Of a stretch of 64,000 nt of DNA, positions 30,151-41,450 are shown piece by piece. The notes below the pieces were generated by a model. The model did not search any database. It was not told where the DNA came from and saw only the letters and a program-made list of their open reading frames with translations. Both the position numbers and the translations under genes were made by a program. Position 1 is the stretch's first letter, and every line of letters starts with the position of its first letter. Location of the stretch: NCBI GenBank assembly GCA_027482225.1, contig JAIXWD010000009.1:2484-66483 (forward strand). The letters run 5' to 3'. This DNA comes from Bacteroidota bacterium (lineage in GTDB: Bacteria; Bacteroidota; Bacteroidia; UKL13-3).

Positions 30151-31227
30151 ATGAACAAAACGGAATTCATACAACTTATTCAAAATCATGATTTGCCATC
30201 TGCAAAACATGTTGCAGCACTTAAACAAGTTGTGGCTGATTTCCCTTATTTTTCTCAAGCGAGGGTTTTGTTGGCAAAAGCTTTACACAACGAAAAGCAC
30301 TATGAGTACGAAAAGTTTTTAAAAAAAACTGCTTTGGTTGTTCCGGATAGGGATGTGTTATACCATTACTTGCATAACCTAACCCCTCATTGGCAAATAC
30401 CTCAGTTATCAATTTCAATAGAACAACCAAATGTTATTGAACAAAACGAAATAGTTTCTGATCCAGGTCATGCCTTTGAACATGTTGAAGAAGAAGTTAG
30501 CTTAACAATACACAGTTTACCTGAAACTTTAATATCTGATGAAGAAATTGAAGTAGTTCAAAACAAAGAAAAGTTGGATGTAGACCTAGCAATCACAATT
30601 TTATTGGAAGGTAGTAACATAGCTCCTCCTCAAAAAAATATTTTTTTACCACCAACATCAATTGAAAAAGTAATTGATAAAGATATTGAATCACAGAATG
30701 TAGCATTACCAGATGTTAAATCACAAGTTCCTGATAAATTTACTGAAGATAGTGTAGAAGAAAAGTTAAGTTTTGTGGAGTGGCTGAATCGTAAAACTAA
30801 TCCAGAAAAGATTGCAGAACCAATTCAACCATTACAAACTGATAAATCAATCTCTGATGAAAAGGCAGACACTAAAGATAAGGAATTAAGAACAAATGCT
30901 TTGCCAGAGGTTACAAAAGCTGAAATAGAAGAGGCTGTTGCTAAGAGTAATGTGAACGATTTTCAGAGTATTTTAGACAAATTTGTTAAAGAAAATCCAA
31001 GTATTAGTCGCCCCAAAGCGGAGTTTTTTAATCCAGTAAACATGGCACGGCAAAGTGTAGAAGAGGATGAAGAGCTTGTTACAGAGACACTTGCGAATCT
31101 ATATTATAAACAGGGTAATCATAAAAAAGCAATCAAGGCTTACGAAAAATTATGTTTGTTATATCCGAGCAAAATGACTTATTTTGCAAGCCTTATACAA
31201 AAAATTAAAACAGAACTAAAAGACTAA
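30151..31227 (+). CDS. Hypothetical protein with C-terminal TPR-like helix pair
   Basis: 358 aa with conserved-looking N- and C-terminal ends (LANLYYKQGNHKKAIKAYEKLCLLYP) around an acidic low-complexity centre. Confidence 0.5.
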   Translation: MNKTEFIQLIQNHDLPSAKHVAALKQVVADFPYFSQARVLLAKALHNEKHYEYEKFLKKTALVVPDRDVLYHYLHNLTPHWQIPQLSISIEQPNVIEQNEIVSDPGHAFEHVEEEVSLTIHSLPETLISDEEIEVVQNKEKLDVDLAITILLEGSNIAPPQKNIFLPPTSIEKVIDKDIESQNVALPDVKSQVPDKFTEDSVEEKLSFVEWLNRKTNPEKIAEPIQPLQTDKSISDEKADTKDKELRTNALPEVTKAEIEEAVAKSNVNDFQSILDKFVKENPSISRPKAEFFNPVNMARQSVEEDEELVTETLANLYYKQGNHKKAIKAYEKLCLLYPSKMTYFASLIQKIKTELKD

Positions 31228-31232
31228 TCAAC

Positions 31233-31601
31233 ATGTATACAGTATTTTCAATCATCATCATTTTAGTGTGCATTTTGCTAACACTTGTAGTATTAATTCA
31301 AAATCCAAAAGGTGGGGGAATTGCAGCTAATTTTGCATCGCCAAACCAAATTATGGGAGCTAAACGAAGCAGTGATGTTATCGAAAAAGCCACATGGATT
31401 TTAGCAGTAGTACTTATTGTATTTTCATTAGCAAGTAACTTCGTTCGTCCTTCAGTTAGTGTTGAAATGGATGCTCCTGAAAGTCGCATTAAAGATCAAA
31501 TTGAGAACACAACTGCTCCAGCACCTCTTGCTGCTCCAGCACCTGCTCCTGCCCAAACAGCTCCAGCAAACGGTGAAGTTGCACCAGCACCTGCCAATTA
31601 A
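31233..31601 (+). CDS. secG: Preprotein translocase subunit SecG with Ala/Pro-rich C-terminal tail
   Basis: TM1 followed by LIQNPKGGG (the SecG signature), then a second TM. The last roughly 30 aa are APAP-rich. Confidence 0.85.
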   Translation: MYTVFSIIIILVCILLTLVVLIQNPKGGGIAANFASPNQIMGAKRSSDVIEKATWILAVVLIVFSLASNFVRPSVSVEMDAPESRIKDQIENTTAPAPLAAPAPAPAQTAPANGEVAPAPAN

Positions 31602-31626
31602 TAAATGCTAATTGATTTATATTTAG

Positions 31627-31652
31627 AAAAGGTCTCGTATGAGACTTTTTTT
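31627..31652 (+). terminator. Probable terminator after secG
   Basis: The gtctc gtat gagac hairpin has A/T extensions and is followed by T7. Confidence 0.5.
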
Positions 31653-31834
31653 ATGCCATTTTGGTTTTAACAATGTAATTGTTACAAATGCTTGATAAAT
31701 CGATTTTCACAATCAAGATACTTGTTAAAATCCTTCAGGTTTGTTAATAGGGTTGTACTTTATAAAAAAATTACAAAAGTAAATTTTATTAATTGTGCTG
31801 AAGTTTGATTGCTTCAAGCTAGTTTTTAAATATG

Positions 31835-33433
31835 TTAGAAATGTTTGCGCAATCCAATACTCATACCCAACATATAAGGATGTTGCTTAACTGAATAATT
31901 ATTGCTGGTCATGCTGTTTAAACTATATCGTAAATAAGGTGCAGCAGTAAGAGTAATGGCTTGATTAATTTGGTACGCTAATCCTAAGTGTAGATGAGCA
32001 AAAATGCTGTTTTTTATAAAGGGGAACGATTCTTTATTCTTTACTACCAATACGCCTACATTATTTTGGCCTACTAAAGCAGCATCAATTGTACTTATAA
32101 ATGCATAACTCAATCCAACTTTAGTTTCAATTCCAAATCGTTTGTGTGGTGTAAACCTATATGTAATTAATAAAGGAATTTCGTTCCAACTGTATTTAAT
32201 ACGTGTATTATTTATTCCATTGGCTGTAACCGAATCATTTGTTGCTACTTGGCTATTAGCTTCATATTTCGGAGGTTGTGTTGCCTGTGTTGTTCCATAT
32301 GTCATACCCATACTAAAATGAGTAAATTGCACGCCACTAGATATCAATACCTTGTTCCATTCATAATCTAATAAAAATGCACCACTCCAATCAATTTTAG
32401 GAGTTTCTATTTGATTACGAAGTGCTACGTGTTCTGTTAGGTCAGATTTATTTGTATTCAGTTGCATTTGGCTAAAATGAGCCCCAATCATTATGCTTAA
32501 AGATAGTTTTGATGGAAGATATGCACCATCATTAATCGATGGTTTTATTTGGCTTGTTACACTATCGTGTATCGCTGGAATAATGTTCCTTACTATTTTA
32601 GAAGTATCAGAAGTTTCTTCAGTTTTATTGGGTTGATGGTAGGTGCTAAATTCTTGTTCGTTTGTTTGCCCTTTATTATCTATTAATTTTGGCTGTATTT
32701 TGTTTGTATTTATTCCTGGTTCAATTGGTATGGTTATTAGGTTACTTTTTTCAAGTCTATTAACCATGCTTGCTTCATTTTTTATTTCTATTGTATGGTT
32801 TATAGTTGGGTTATTTTCTTTTGATGTTTTATTGGCATTGATTGAATAATAATTATGAAGCAAAAAGGCAGGTTTATTCTGTGTTATAATTTGTTTGTTT
32901 GATTTGCTATTGTTTTTAGTTTTATAATCATTTACTGATTTATATTCTTGTTCAAATTTTTCTAGCACTGAATTATTTTTTTTAAATTTTCCTTTCACCT
33001 CAACTTTTTTATTAACCCTTACTTCAATATTATTTTCTGATGATGTAGCAATTGTATTGGTTTCAGCAACTAATTCAGATTCGACCAGTTTTGGTTTAAC
33101 TTCAGTTAACGGATTTGTTATGCGATTTATCAAATATCCAAATCCACTAAAGCCAATAAATAATATTACCGACAGTGATATCCAAAAATATTTTTTATTG
33201 TTTTTGCCTTTAGTTTCCAAAGGAAATTGAGCTTCTATTCTTTCCCAAGTCGCTTTATTGGGTTGAAGATTATAGTTGCCAATTTTACCTTTTACTTTTA
33301 CTTCAAACTCTGGTCGATTTACTTCTTGGTCAATATTACTCCATAACGATTCAGAGGGTTTAAACCCTGTCTCGTTTAGTTGGTGCTTCAACTTTTTTTC
33401 GAAGTTCTTATTTTGGTTCTTGAAAAGGCTCAT
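31835..33433 (-). CDS. Membrane-anchored protein with C-terminal OM beta-barrel-like domain; candidate partner of the upstream ECF sigma
   Basis: 532 aa. It has about 80 aa of soluble N-terminus, one TM (YFWISLSVILFIGFSGFGYLI) and an N/K/T-rich linker. The C-terminal roughly 200 aa show beta-strand patterning and end in ...GLRKHF. It overlaps the sigma gene by 26 nt. Confidence 0.5.
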   Translation of the reverse strand: MSLFKNQNKNFEKKLKHQLNETGFKPSESLWSNIDQEVNRPEFEVKVKGKIGNYNLQPNKATWERIEAQFPLETKGKNNKKYFWISLSVILFIGFSGFGYLINRITNPLTEVKPKLVESELVAETNTIATSSENNIEVRVNKKVEVKGKFKKNNSVLEKFEQEYKSVNDYKTKNNSKSNKQIITQNKPAFLLHNYYSINANKTSKENNPTINHTIEIKNEASMVNRLEKSNLITIPIEPGINTNKIQPKLIDNKGQTNEQEFSTYHQPNKTEETSDTSKIVRNIIPAIHDSVTSQIKPSINDGAYLPSKLSLSIMIGAHFSQMQLNTNKSDLTEHVALRNQIETPKIDWSGAFLLDYEWNKVLISSGVQFTHFSMGMTYGTTQATQPPKYEANSQVATNDSVTANGINNTRIKYSWNEIPLLITYRFTPHKRFGIETKVGLSYAFISTIDAALVGQNNVGVLVVKNKESFPFIKNSIFAHLHLGLAYQINQAITLTAAPYLRYSLNSMTSNNYSVKQHPYMLGMSIGLRKHF

Positions 33434-33971
33434 TTAAAATTTGATAATGTTTAGCCAATAATTGTTGCATGGCATTTCGTGCTCTGGAATATTGCGATTT
33501 TGATGTTCCAACGGCAATGTCAAGTATATCCGCAATTTCTTTGTGGGAGTATCCTTCAATAGCAAATAAATTAAATACAAGTCTATATCCTTCTGGTAAT
33601 TGTTGTACCAATGCAATAATTTCTTTAGCAGAAATTTGGGAGATGATATTGTCTTCAAAAGGTGCATCGTAATTTACTTGGTCCAAATCCTCCTTGAAGT
33701 TACGACTACGATGTTTAAAAAAGTTAATAGCAGTAAATACCATAATCCTTCTAATCCAACCTTCAAAACTTCCTTCGTATTTAAATCGAGCGAGGTTCTT
33801 AAACACTTTAATAAACCCTTCTTGTAACATGTCTTCTGCTTCTGCTCTGTCTTTAGCATAACGCATACAAACCCCCAACATTTTTGAAGCAAAACGGTCG
33901 TATAGCATTTTTTGGTAAGGTCGCTTACCATCAATACAACCATTAATCATATCTTTTTCTCCAAGTTCCAT
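33408..33971 (-). CDS. ECF-type RNA polymerase sigma-70 family factor
   Basis: 187 aa with region 2 (AEDMLQEGFIKVF, FEGWIRRI) and a region 4 HTH (EGYSHKEIADILDIAVGTSKSQYSRA). Confidence 0.88.
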   Translation of the reverse strand: MELGEKDMINGCIDGKRPYQKMLYDRFASKMLGVCMRYAKDRAEAEDMLQEGFIKVFKNLARFKYEGSFEGWIRRIMVFTAINFFKHRSRNFKEDLDQVNYDAPFEDNIISQISAKEIIALVQQLPEGYRLVFNLFAIEGYSHKEIADILDIAVGTSKSQYSRARNAMQQLLAKHYQILNEPFQEPK

Positions 33972-34153
33972 GGTGGATTTAATCAGAAGTCAATATACAA
34001 TGAACTTTGGTTGCATGACAGTTTTAGCATTAACATGACAAAATTTATACAATTTCTTGTTTATATTCTTTCAAATTGTCAGCATTTAATACTTGGCACA
34101 AAAGTGGATAATGAATCAACACATTTTAAAATCAATTAATAAATAAAAAATAT

Positions 34154-34429
34154 ATGTCAGTAAGTCTTAAACCATTAGCAGACAGGGTTCTAGTAGAGCC
34201 TGCTGCAGCAGAAGAGAAAACAGTTGGTGGTATCATTATTCCTGATACAGCCAAAGAAAAGCCACAAAGAGGTACGGTAGTAGCAGTTGGGGATGGTAAA
34301 AAAGATGAACCAATGACAGTAAAAGCAGGTGATACCGTATTGTATGGTAAATATGCTGGCACCGAAATTACTGTTGAAGGTAAAGATTATTTAATGATGC
34401 GTGAGGCGGATATTTTCGCTATCGTTTAA
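34154..34429 (+). CDS. groES: Co-chaperonin GroES
   Basis: 91 aa with [12 protein letters not shown] and [16 protein letters not shown]. Confidence 0.95.
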   Translation: MSVSLKPLADRVLVEPAAAEEKTVGGIIIPDTAKEKPQRGTVVAVGDGKKDEPMTVKAGDTVLYGKYAGTEITVEGKDYLMMREADIFAIV

Positions 34430-34468
34430 AATTTAGTTTTAATTAGGCAGGTAGTCGGTTTATACTGA

Positions 34469-36148
<1,680 letters not shown>

Positions 36149-36179
36149 TTCAAAAAAACATAAAGCCGAAAGGATAATG

Positions 36180-36212
36180 AAAACCGAATTGCATTTGCAG
36201 TTCGGTTTTTTT
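36180..36212 (+). terminator. Rho-independent terminator after groEL
   Basis: A 9-bp stem ccgaattgc / gcagttcgg (one G-U) with loop attt, followed by T7. Confidence 0.7.
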
Positions 36213-36333
36213 ATGTTTGATGTAAATGGTATAATGATATTTTTGAAATAAAATCAGTGATTTTTACCATCATTTCAATTAAACAATATTCAATTCCTTA
36301 CTTCGTTTAAAATCATTAAACAACCCCTTAATT

Positions 36334-37308
36334 ATGAAACATAAACTAATTCTTCTAACAATTTTAACAAGCATATTTGGTTTTGCTCATGCTCAGTATC
36401 GAGTAACAGATTATTATTTACTTACTGCCACAAAAGAGGGTAAACCTGTAATGTTTGGTAAACAAATTAAAAAGGCAAACGTAAGTGCATACGAGATGAT
36501 TTTTTTAGACAGTAAAAGTGAAGCTAAATATAAATATGCTTACAAGTTGAATAAAGCAGGTAATATTACTAATACAAATAGCTATAACCGCAAAAACCTT
36601 TTGAAAAGACAATCATATTCTACTTACTTAAATGATACCCTTTTAACACAGCAAGTAAGTTTAAATAAAAAGGGAGATACGATAAGTTTATCATACTACA
36701 ATTTCAGTAACGGTAAAATGATGAGTAGTTTATCTAAATATGGAAAAAGAACATTTGAGTATCTGTATGCATACAACGACAAGGGTAATCGCACATCATA
36801 TGTGTACAAACGTAATGGTGCGTTATACACAAAAATTTTATACGATTACGATACTGTAAGTGGTAAGTTGGCCAAACAATCAACCTACAATAAAAAGAAT
36901 AAATTGGTGAGTGTGGTTAATTATGAATGTAATTACCATGGCGAAGTGAAAAAGGATGTAAGTCAATCTAAAGTTTGTATGCGAACAGATGCTTTACCCG
37001 GAGGAGGTTTTGTGGTTTATAATGACTACACCAATCCGAAGGGTAAATTAAGAAGGAGTGTTGCTACTTACAGTAACGATAGCAATTTGATGCAGGTTAA
37101 AGTGTATGATACAAAAAATAAATTGGTTTCAGGAGCATCATATGTATACGACACCAATGGTAATTGTGTGGATTACACCTATAGCAAAAACAATAAAAAA
37201 TGGCAAAGCATTTACAGCTATAATGATAAACTTTTATTAAGTGATTACTATACTAAAAAAGAAGGAAAAGTAACCAATAAGGTGATATATAAATATTCCT
37301 TTTTTTAG
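36334..37308 (+). CDS. Secreted repeat protein with YD-like beta-hairpin repeats
   Basis: 324 aa with a signal peptide. Repeated units of about 20 aa carry YxYNxxGN / YxYDxxG motifs (YAYNDKGNRTSY, YDYDTVSGKL, YVYDTNGNCVDY, YSYNDKLL). Confidence 0.5.
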   Translation: MKHKLILLTILTSIFGFAHAQYRVTDYYLLTATKEGKPVMFGKQIKKANVSAYEMIFLDSKSEAKYKYAYKLNKAGNITNTNSYNRKNLLKRQSYSTYLNDTLLTQQVSLNKKGDTISLSYYNFSNGKMMSSLSKYGKRTFEYLYAYNDKGNRTSYVYKRNGALYTKILYDYDTVSGKLAKQSTYNKKNKLVSVVNYECNYHGEVKKDVSQSKVCMRTDALPGGGFVVYNDYTNPKGKLRRSVATYSNDSNLMQVKVYDTKNKLVSGASYVYDTNGNCVDYTYSKNNKKWQSIYSYNDKLLLSDYYTKKEGKVTNKVIYKYSFF

Positions 37309-37383
37309 ATGATTGAAATTTATGTTATAATTCTCAATTTGAGAATACATCGTATATTCGAATATGAATTTTACCCATAACAT

Positions 37384-38532
37384 ATGAAGTTTTTAAAGTG
37401 GTTACTTATCCTACTTATCTCTGTTTTTGCCATTGCAGAAACCTACATTTTTGCATCAGGTAATACGTATCTGAATACTTTATTTCCACTTACTATTTTT
37501 AGTGGTAAAATGGGGCCTGATATTGACGAGTTAACATTATTTAATCATAATGAAGTATCAACTCAAAGTCCTCAGTCATGGGCTGCTTCTGATCAACAAG
37601 CTGTTTTGAACGATAGTATTTTACAATTAATGGAATCATACGAAACGGTTTCGTTTGTGGTAATAAAAAACGATACGGTAAAGTTTGAAAAATATTGGGA
37701 AGGATATAACGATTCCTCTTTAGTCAACTCGTTTAGTATGGCTAAGTCAATAACCGCGATGCTCGTAGGTTGTGCTTTAAAAGACGGGCTGATTAAAAGT
37801 GTTGATGAACCTATTGCTATTTATATAGATGAATTTAAAGTGGGGGATTTAAAAAAAATTACCATCAAACATTTATTAACCATGAGCAGTGGTTTGGGTT
37901 TTAAAGAAGATTACTCGAGTATGTTTTCTTGGCCTGCAGAAGCTTATTATGGCCCTGATGTTAATGGCATTACCATTAAACAATCTAAACCTGAAACCAA
38001 ACCCGGTAAAATATGGTTTTACAAAGGTGGCGATACCCAGTTATTAGGTATTATTCTTAAAAAAGTGACTGGCAAAACTGTTGCACAATATGCCTCAGAA
38101 AAATTGTGGAAACCCATGGGTGCAGAGCAACCTGCTTTTTGGAGTTTAGATGAACAGGGTATGGAAAAGGTAAGTTGCTGTTGGTATAGCAATGCAAAAG
38201 ATTTTGCGCGTATTGCTAAGTTAATGATGAACCAAGGCAATTGGAACGGACAACAAATTATAGATTCGGCCTATGTAAAAGAAGCTTTAACACCTGCCGA
38301 TTTATTGGATAGAAAAGGAAATAAAAGCCAACAATATGGTTACCAATGGTGGCTGATGAAGCATAAAGGGCATGATATTTTTTATGCACGCGGTATACGT
38401 GGCCAATATGTTTTTGCCATACCCGATGCTAAAACCATTGTGGTGCGTCTTGGGCACAAACGAGCTAAAAAAGATGGTGATGAATTACCAGAAGATATTT
38501 TTGTATACCTAGACGCTGGTTTAAGTATGTAA
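37384..38532 (+). CDS. Beta-lactamase-fold serine hydrolase (class C / PBP4-like family)
   Basis: 382 aa with an N-terminal TM or signal segment, an SxxK motif (SFSMAKS) and a later YSN-like motif (WYSNAKD). Confidence 0.8.
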   Translation: MKFLKWLLILLISVFAIAETYIFASGNTYLNTLFPLTIFSGKMGPDIDELTLFNHNEVSTQSPQSWAASDQQAVLNDSILQLMESYETVSFVVIKNDTVKFEKYWEGYNDSSLVNSFSMAKSITAMLVGCALKDGLIKSVDEPIAIYIDEFKVGDLKKITIKHLLTMSSGLGFKEDYSSMFSWPAEAYYGPDVNGITIKQSKPETKPGKIWFYKGGDTQLLGIILKKVTGKTVAQYASEKLWKPMGAEQPAFWSLDEQGMEKVSCCWYSNAKDFARIAKLMMNQGNWNGQQIIDSAYVKEALTPADLLDRKGNKSQQYGYQWWLMKHKGHDIFYARGIRGQYVFAIPDAKTIVVRLGHKRAKKDGDELPEDIFVYLDAGLSM

Positions 38533-38591
38533 TAAGTCATGGTTTATAACGCTTAAATAACTCCCAAAATAGTATCTTCGCTTTTCAATTT

Positions 38592-40034
38592 ATGGCAGCT
38601 CAAAAACCAACTTTACCAAAAGGAACGCGTGATTTCGGTCCGGCCGATGTGCAAAAGCGTAAGTATATTTTAAACACCATTGAAACGGTATTTAAAAAAT
38701 ATGGCTTTATGCCATTAGAAACGCCTACCATGGAAAACCTTTCAACCCTTGAAGGCAAATATGGTGAGGAAGGTGATAAGTTACTTTTCAGAATTTTAGA
38801 TTCGGGAGATTATTTAAAATCGTTAAAAGAACACAACGATAAAATATTATCAGATGAAAGTCAGGATGCAACATTTGCTCCTTCTGTTTCTGGTAAGTTG
38901 ATTGATTTGGAAGCTAAAGCTGCTACTAAATTTATTTCAGAAAAAGGTTTACGCTACGATTTAACCGTTCCATTTGCACGTTATGTGGTGATGCACAGAA
39001 ACGAAATTACTTTTCCGTTTAGGCGATATCAGATGCAACCGGTTTGGAGAGCCGACAGGCCGCAAAAAGGTCGCTACCGGGAGTTTTGGCAATGTGATGC
39101 AGATGTGGTGGGAAGTGATAGTTTGTTAAACGAGTTGGATTTGATTCAGATTTATGATGAAGCTTTCGATAGTTTAAAAATTCCAATCCAAATCAAGTAT
39201 AACAACCGCAAGTTATTGGATGGTCTGTCCCAATTATTCGGAATTGAAGACAAGTTAATTGATATGACCGTCATTTTAGATAAGACGGATAAAATAGGTA
39301 TTGATGCTGTTGTAGAGGAACTCAAATCGATTGGTGCGAATTTAGATAGTTTGGCTAAGTTTCAAACTGTATTTCAATTGCCAAATCTAACAACTAAACA
39401 TTTAAATGAATTTTTCTCTTCAAGTAATGAAATTGCTAAAAAAGGCGTAGATGAGATTGTTAAAATAGCTGAATATTTAGAGGTAATCTACGGTTCTAAT
39501 AACAGATTACCAATTACCCATGATTTGGCATTAGCGCGAGGCCTTAGTTACTACACTGGCTCAATATTTGAAGTTGTTGTTAATGACGATCGTTGCTCTT
39601 TAAAAAGCAGCATTGGTGGTGGTGGCAGGTACGATAACCTAACGGGTATTTTTGGTTTGCCAAATGTATCGGGTGTGGGTATTAGTTTTGGTTTGGATAG
39701 GATTTATGATGTGATGGAAGAGCTCAAACTTTTCCCTGAACAACTCAGGGCTACATCAACCCAAGTTATATTTTGCCACTTTGATGAAGCCACACAATTA
39801 TACTGTTTGCCCGCATTAAAACTATTACGAGATGCTGGTATTGCAGCCGAAATATTTCCTGATAATAAAAAATTGGGTAAACAATTAGAATATGCAAATG
39901 CGTTACAAATACCATTTGCAGCCATAGCCGGTGAAACAGAAATGCAACAACAAGTGTTTACTGTTAAGAATTTAATTACAGGCGAACAACAATCTTGTTC
40001 CACGCAAGCGTTAATTAGTTTGGTGGGACAATAA
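38592..40034 (+). CDS. hisS: Histidine--tRNA ligase
   Basis: 480 aa with class II motifs: LRYDLTVPFARYV, FRRYQMQPVWRADRPQKGRYREFWQCD and GGGGRYDNL. Confidence 0.92.
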   Translation: MAAQKPTLPKGTRDFGPADVQKRKYILNTIETVFKKYGFMPLETPTMENLSTLEGKYGEEGDKLLFRILDSGDYLKSLKEHNDKILSDESQDATFAPSVSGKLIDLEAKAATKFISEKGLRYDLTVPFARYVVMHRNEITFPFRRYQMQPVWRADRPQKGRYREFWQCDADVVGSDSLLNELDLIQIYDEAFDSLKIPIQIKYNNRKLLDGLSQLFGIEDKLIDMTVILDKTDKIGIDAVVEELKSIGANLDSLAKFQTVFQLPNLTTKHLNEFFSSSNEIAKKGVDEIVKIAEYLEVIYGSNNRLPITHDLALARGLSYYTGSIFEVVVNDDRCSLKSSIGGGGRYDNLTGIFGLPNVSGVGISFGLDRIYDVMEELKLFPEQLRATSTQVIFCHFDEATQLYCLPALKLLRDAGIAAEIFPDNKKLGKQLEYANALQIPFAAIAGETEMQQQVFTVKNLITGEQQSCSTQALISLVGQ

Positions 40035-40065
40035 ATAACTGCTCCTGCAATTGGAGTAACACAAC

Positions 40066-41430
40066 ATGAAATTTGAATCAATAAATCCATTTACGGAAGA
40101 AAGACTTGCGCAGTTTGATTTTATAAGTGATGAAGATTTGAGTACATCTTTATCAAAAACTGATGATGCGCAAAAGCAGTGGCGCAAGGTAAGTGTAACA
40201 GATCGAGCAGCTTTTTTTAATAAATTAGCTTCGTTAATAAAAGAAAGGCATGAAGAGTTGGCATTATTAGCCACACTTGAAATGGGAAAGTTATTATCAG
40301 AGGCAAAATTAGAAGTACTTAAGTGTGCAAGAGGTTGTGAGTATTATGCAGCAAACGCATCAGCCGTACTTCAACCCAAAATTAGTATTGCTGAAACTGG
40401 TAAAACAGTTCATCAAGTATACGAACCTTTAGGAATTGTATTAGGTGTTTTTCCTTGGAATTTTCCGTACTGGCAGATATTAAGAAGTGCAGTTCCCATT
40501 GTACTTGCTGGTAATGCTATTTTAGTTAAACCAGCACCTAACGTTCCTCAGTGTAGTTTGGCTATACAGCAACTTATAAATGAGTGCGGATTACCCGATG
40601 GCCTGATGCAAGTGGTTTTTGCAACAGAGCAACAAGTAGCTAACTGTTTGGCCGACCCAAGAATAAAAGCAGCAACGTTAACTGGCAGTGATAAAGCAGG
40701 AAGTGCTGTTGCAAGTACTGCCGCTAAGCATATCAAAAAATCTGTATTGGAATTAGGTGGAAGTGATCCATTTATTGTGATGGAAGATGCCGATTTGGAA
40801 GAAACTTTAAAGCAAGCCATTACTGCACGTTTTCAAAATAATGGACAAAGCTGCATTGCTGCCAAACGTTTTATTTTACATGAAAAGATTACAGATGAGT
40901 TTTTAGCGAAGCTAACTGATAGGGTTGCATCATTGGCTTGTGGTAATCCATTGCTTGAAGGCATTAGCATTGGCCCATTAGCACGCAAAGATTTATGTGA
41001 GAAGTTAGCCAATCAAGTAATTCAATCAGTTAGTAAAGGCGCTATTAAACATTACCAACAAACTAATTTTCCAGCGCATGGGTATTTTTATCCGCCAACG
41101 ATTTTAACCAACATCAACCCAAATTGTGATGCTTACAGCCAAGAATTATTTGGACCTGTTGTAAGTGTTTATGTAGTAAAAAATGATGATGAAGCTGTTA
41201 TGTTGGCTAATGCAACTGAGTTTGGTTTGGGAGCTAGTGTGTGGAGTAAAAATATTGAACGCGCATTAAATATTGCCAATCAAATTGAAAGTGGTCAGGT
41301 TTTTATTAATGAAATGGTTAAGTCACAACCATCACATCCTTTTGGTGGAGTTAAAAAATCTGGATACGGTAGAGAATTAGGAGAATTTGGTTTGCTTGAG
41401 TTTTGCAACATCAAAACGTTGTGGATTTAG
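40066..41430 (+). CDS. NAD(P)-dependent aldehyde dehydrogenase (succinate-semialdehyde dehydrogenase-like)
   Basis: 454 aa with FPWNFPYWQ, ELGGSDP (catalytic Glu) and GQSCIAAKR (catalytic Cys). Confidence 0.88.
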   Translation: MKFESINPFTEERLAQFDFISDEDLSTSLSKTDDAQKQWRKVSVTDRAAFFNKLASLIKERHEELALLATLEMGKLLSEAKLEVLKCARGCEYYAANASAVLQPKISIAETGKTVHQVYEPLGIVLGVFPWNFPYWQILRSAVPIVLAGNAILVKPAPNVPQCSLAIQQLINECGLPDGLMQVVFATEQQVANCLADPRIKAATLTGSDKAGSAVASTAAKHIKKSVLELGGSDPFIVMEDADLEETLKQAITARFQNNGQSCIAAKRFILHEKITDEFLAKLTDRVASLACGNPLLEGISIGPLARKDLCEKLANQVIQSVSKGAIKHYQQTNFPAHGYFYPPTILTNINPNCDAYSQELFGPVVSVYVVKNDDEAVMLANATEFGLGASVWSKNIERALNIANQIESGQVFINEMVKSQPSHPFGGVKKSGYGRELGEFGLLEFCNIKTLWI

Positions 41431-41450
41431 TTGGCGTAGCAAAATTTAAA

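Noticed and set aside
33972-34153. CIRCE heat-shock operator upstream of groES
   Set aside because: I found no TTAGCACTC-N9-GAGTGCTAA-like inverted repeat. Only a weak ttagcat fragment is present.
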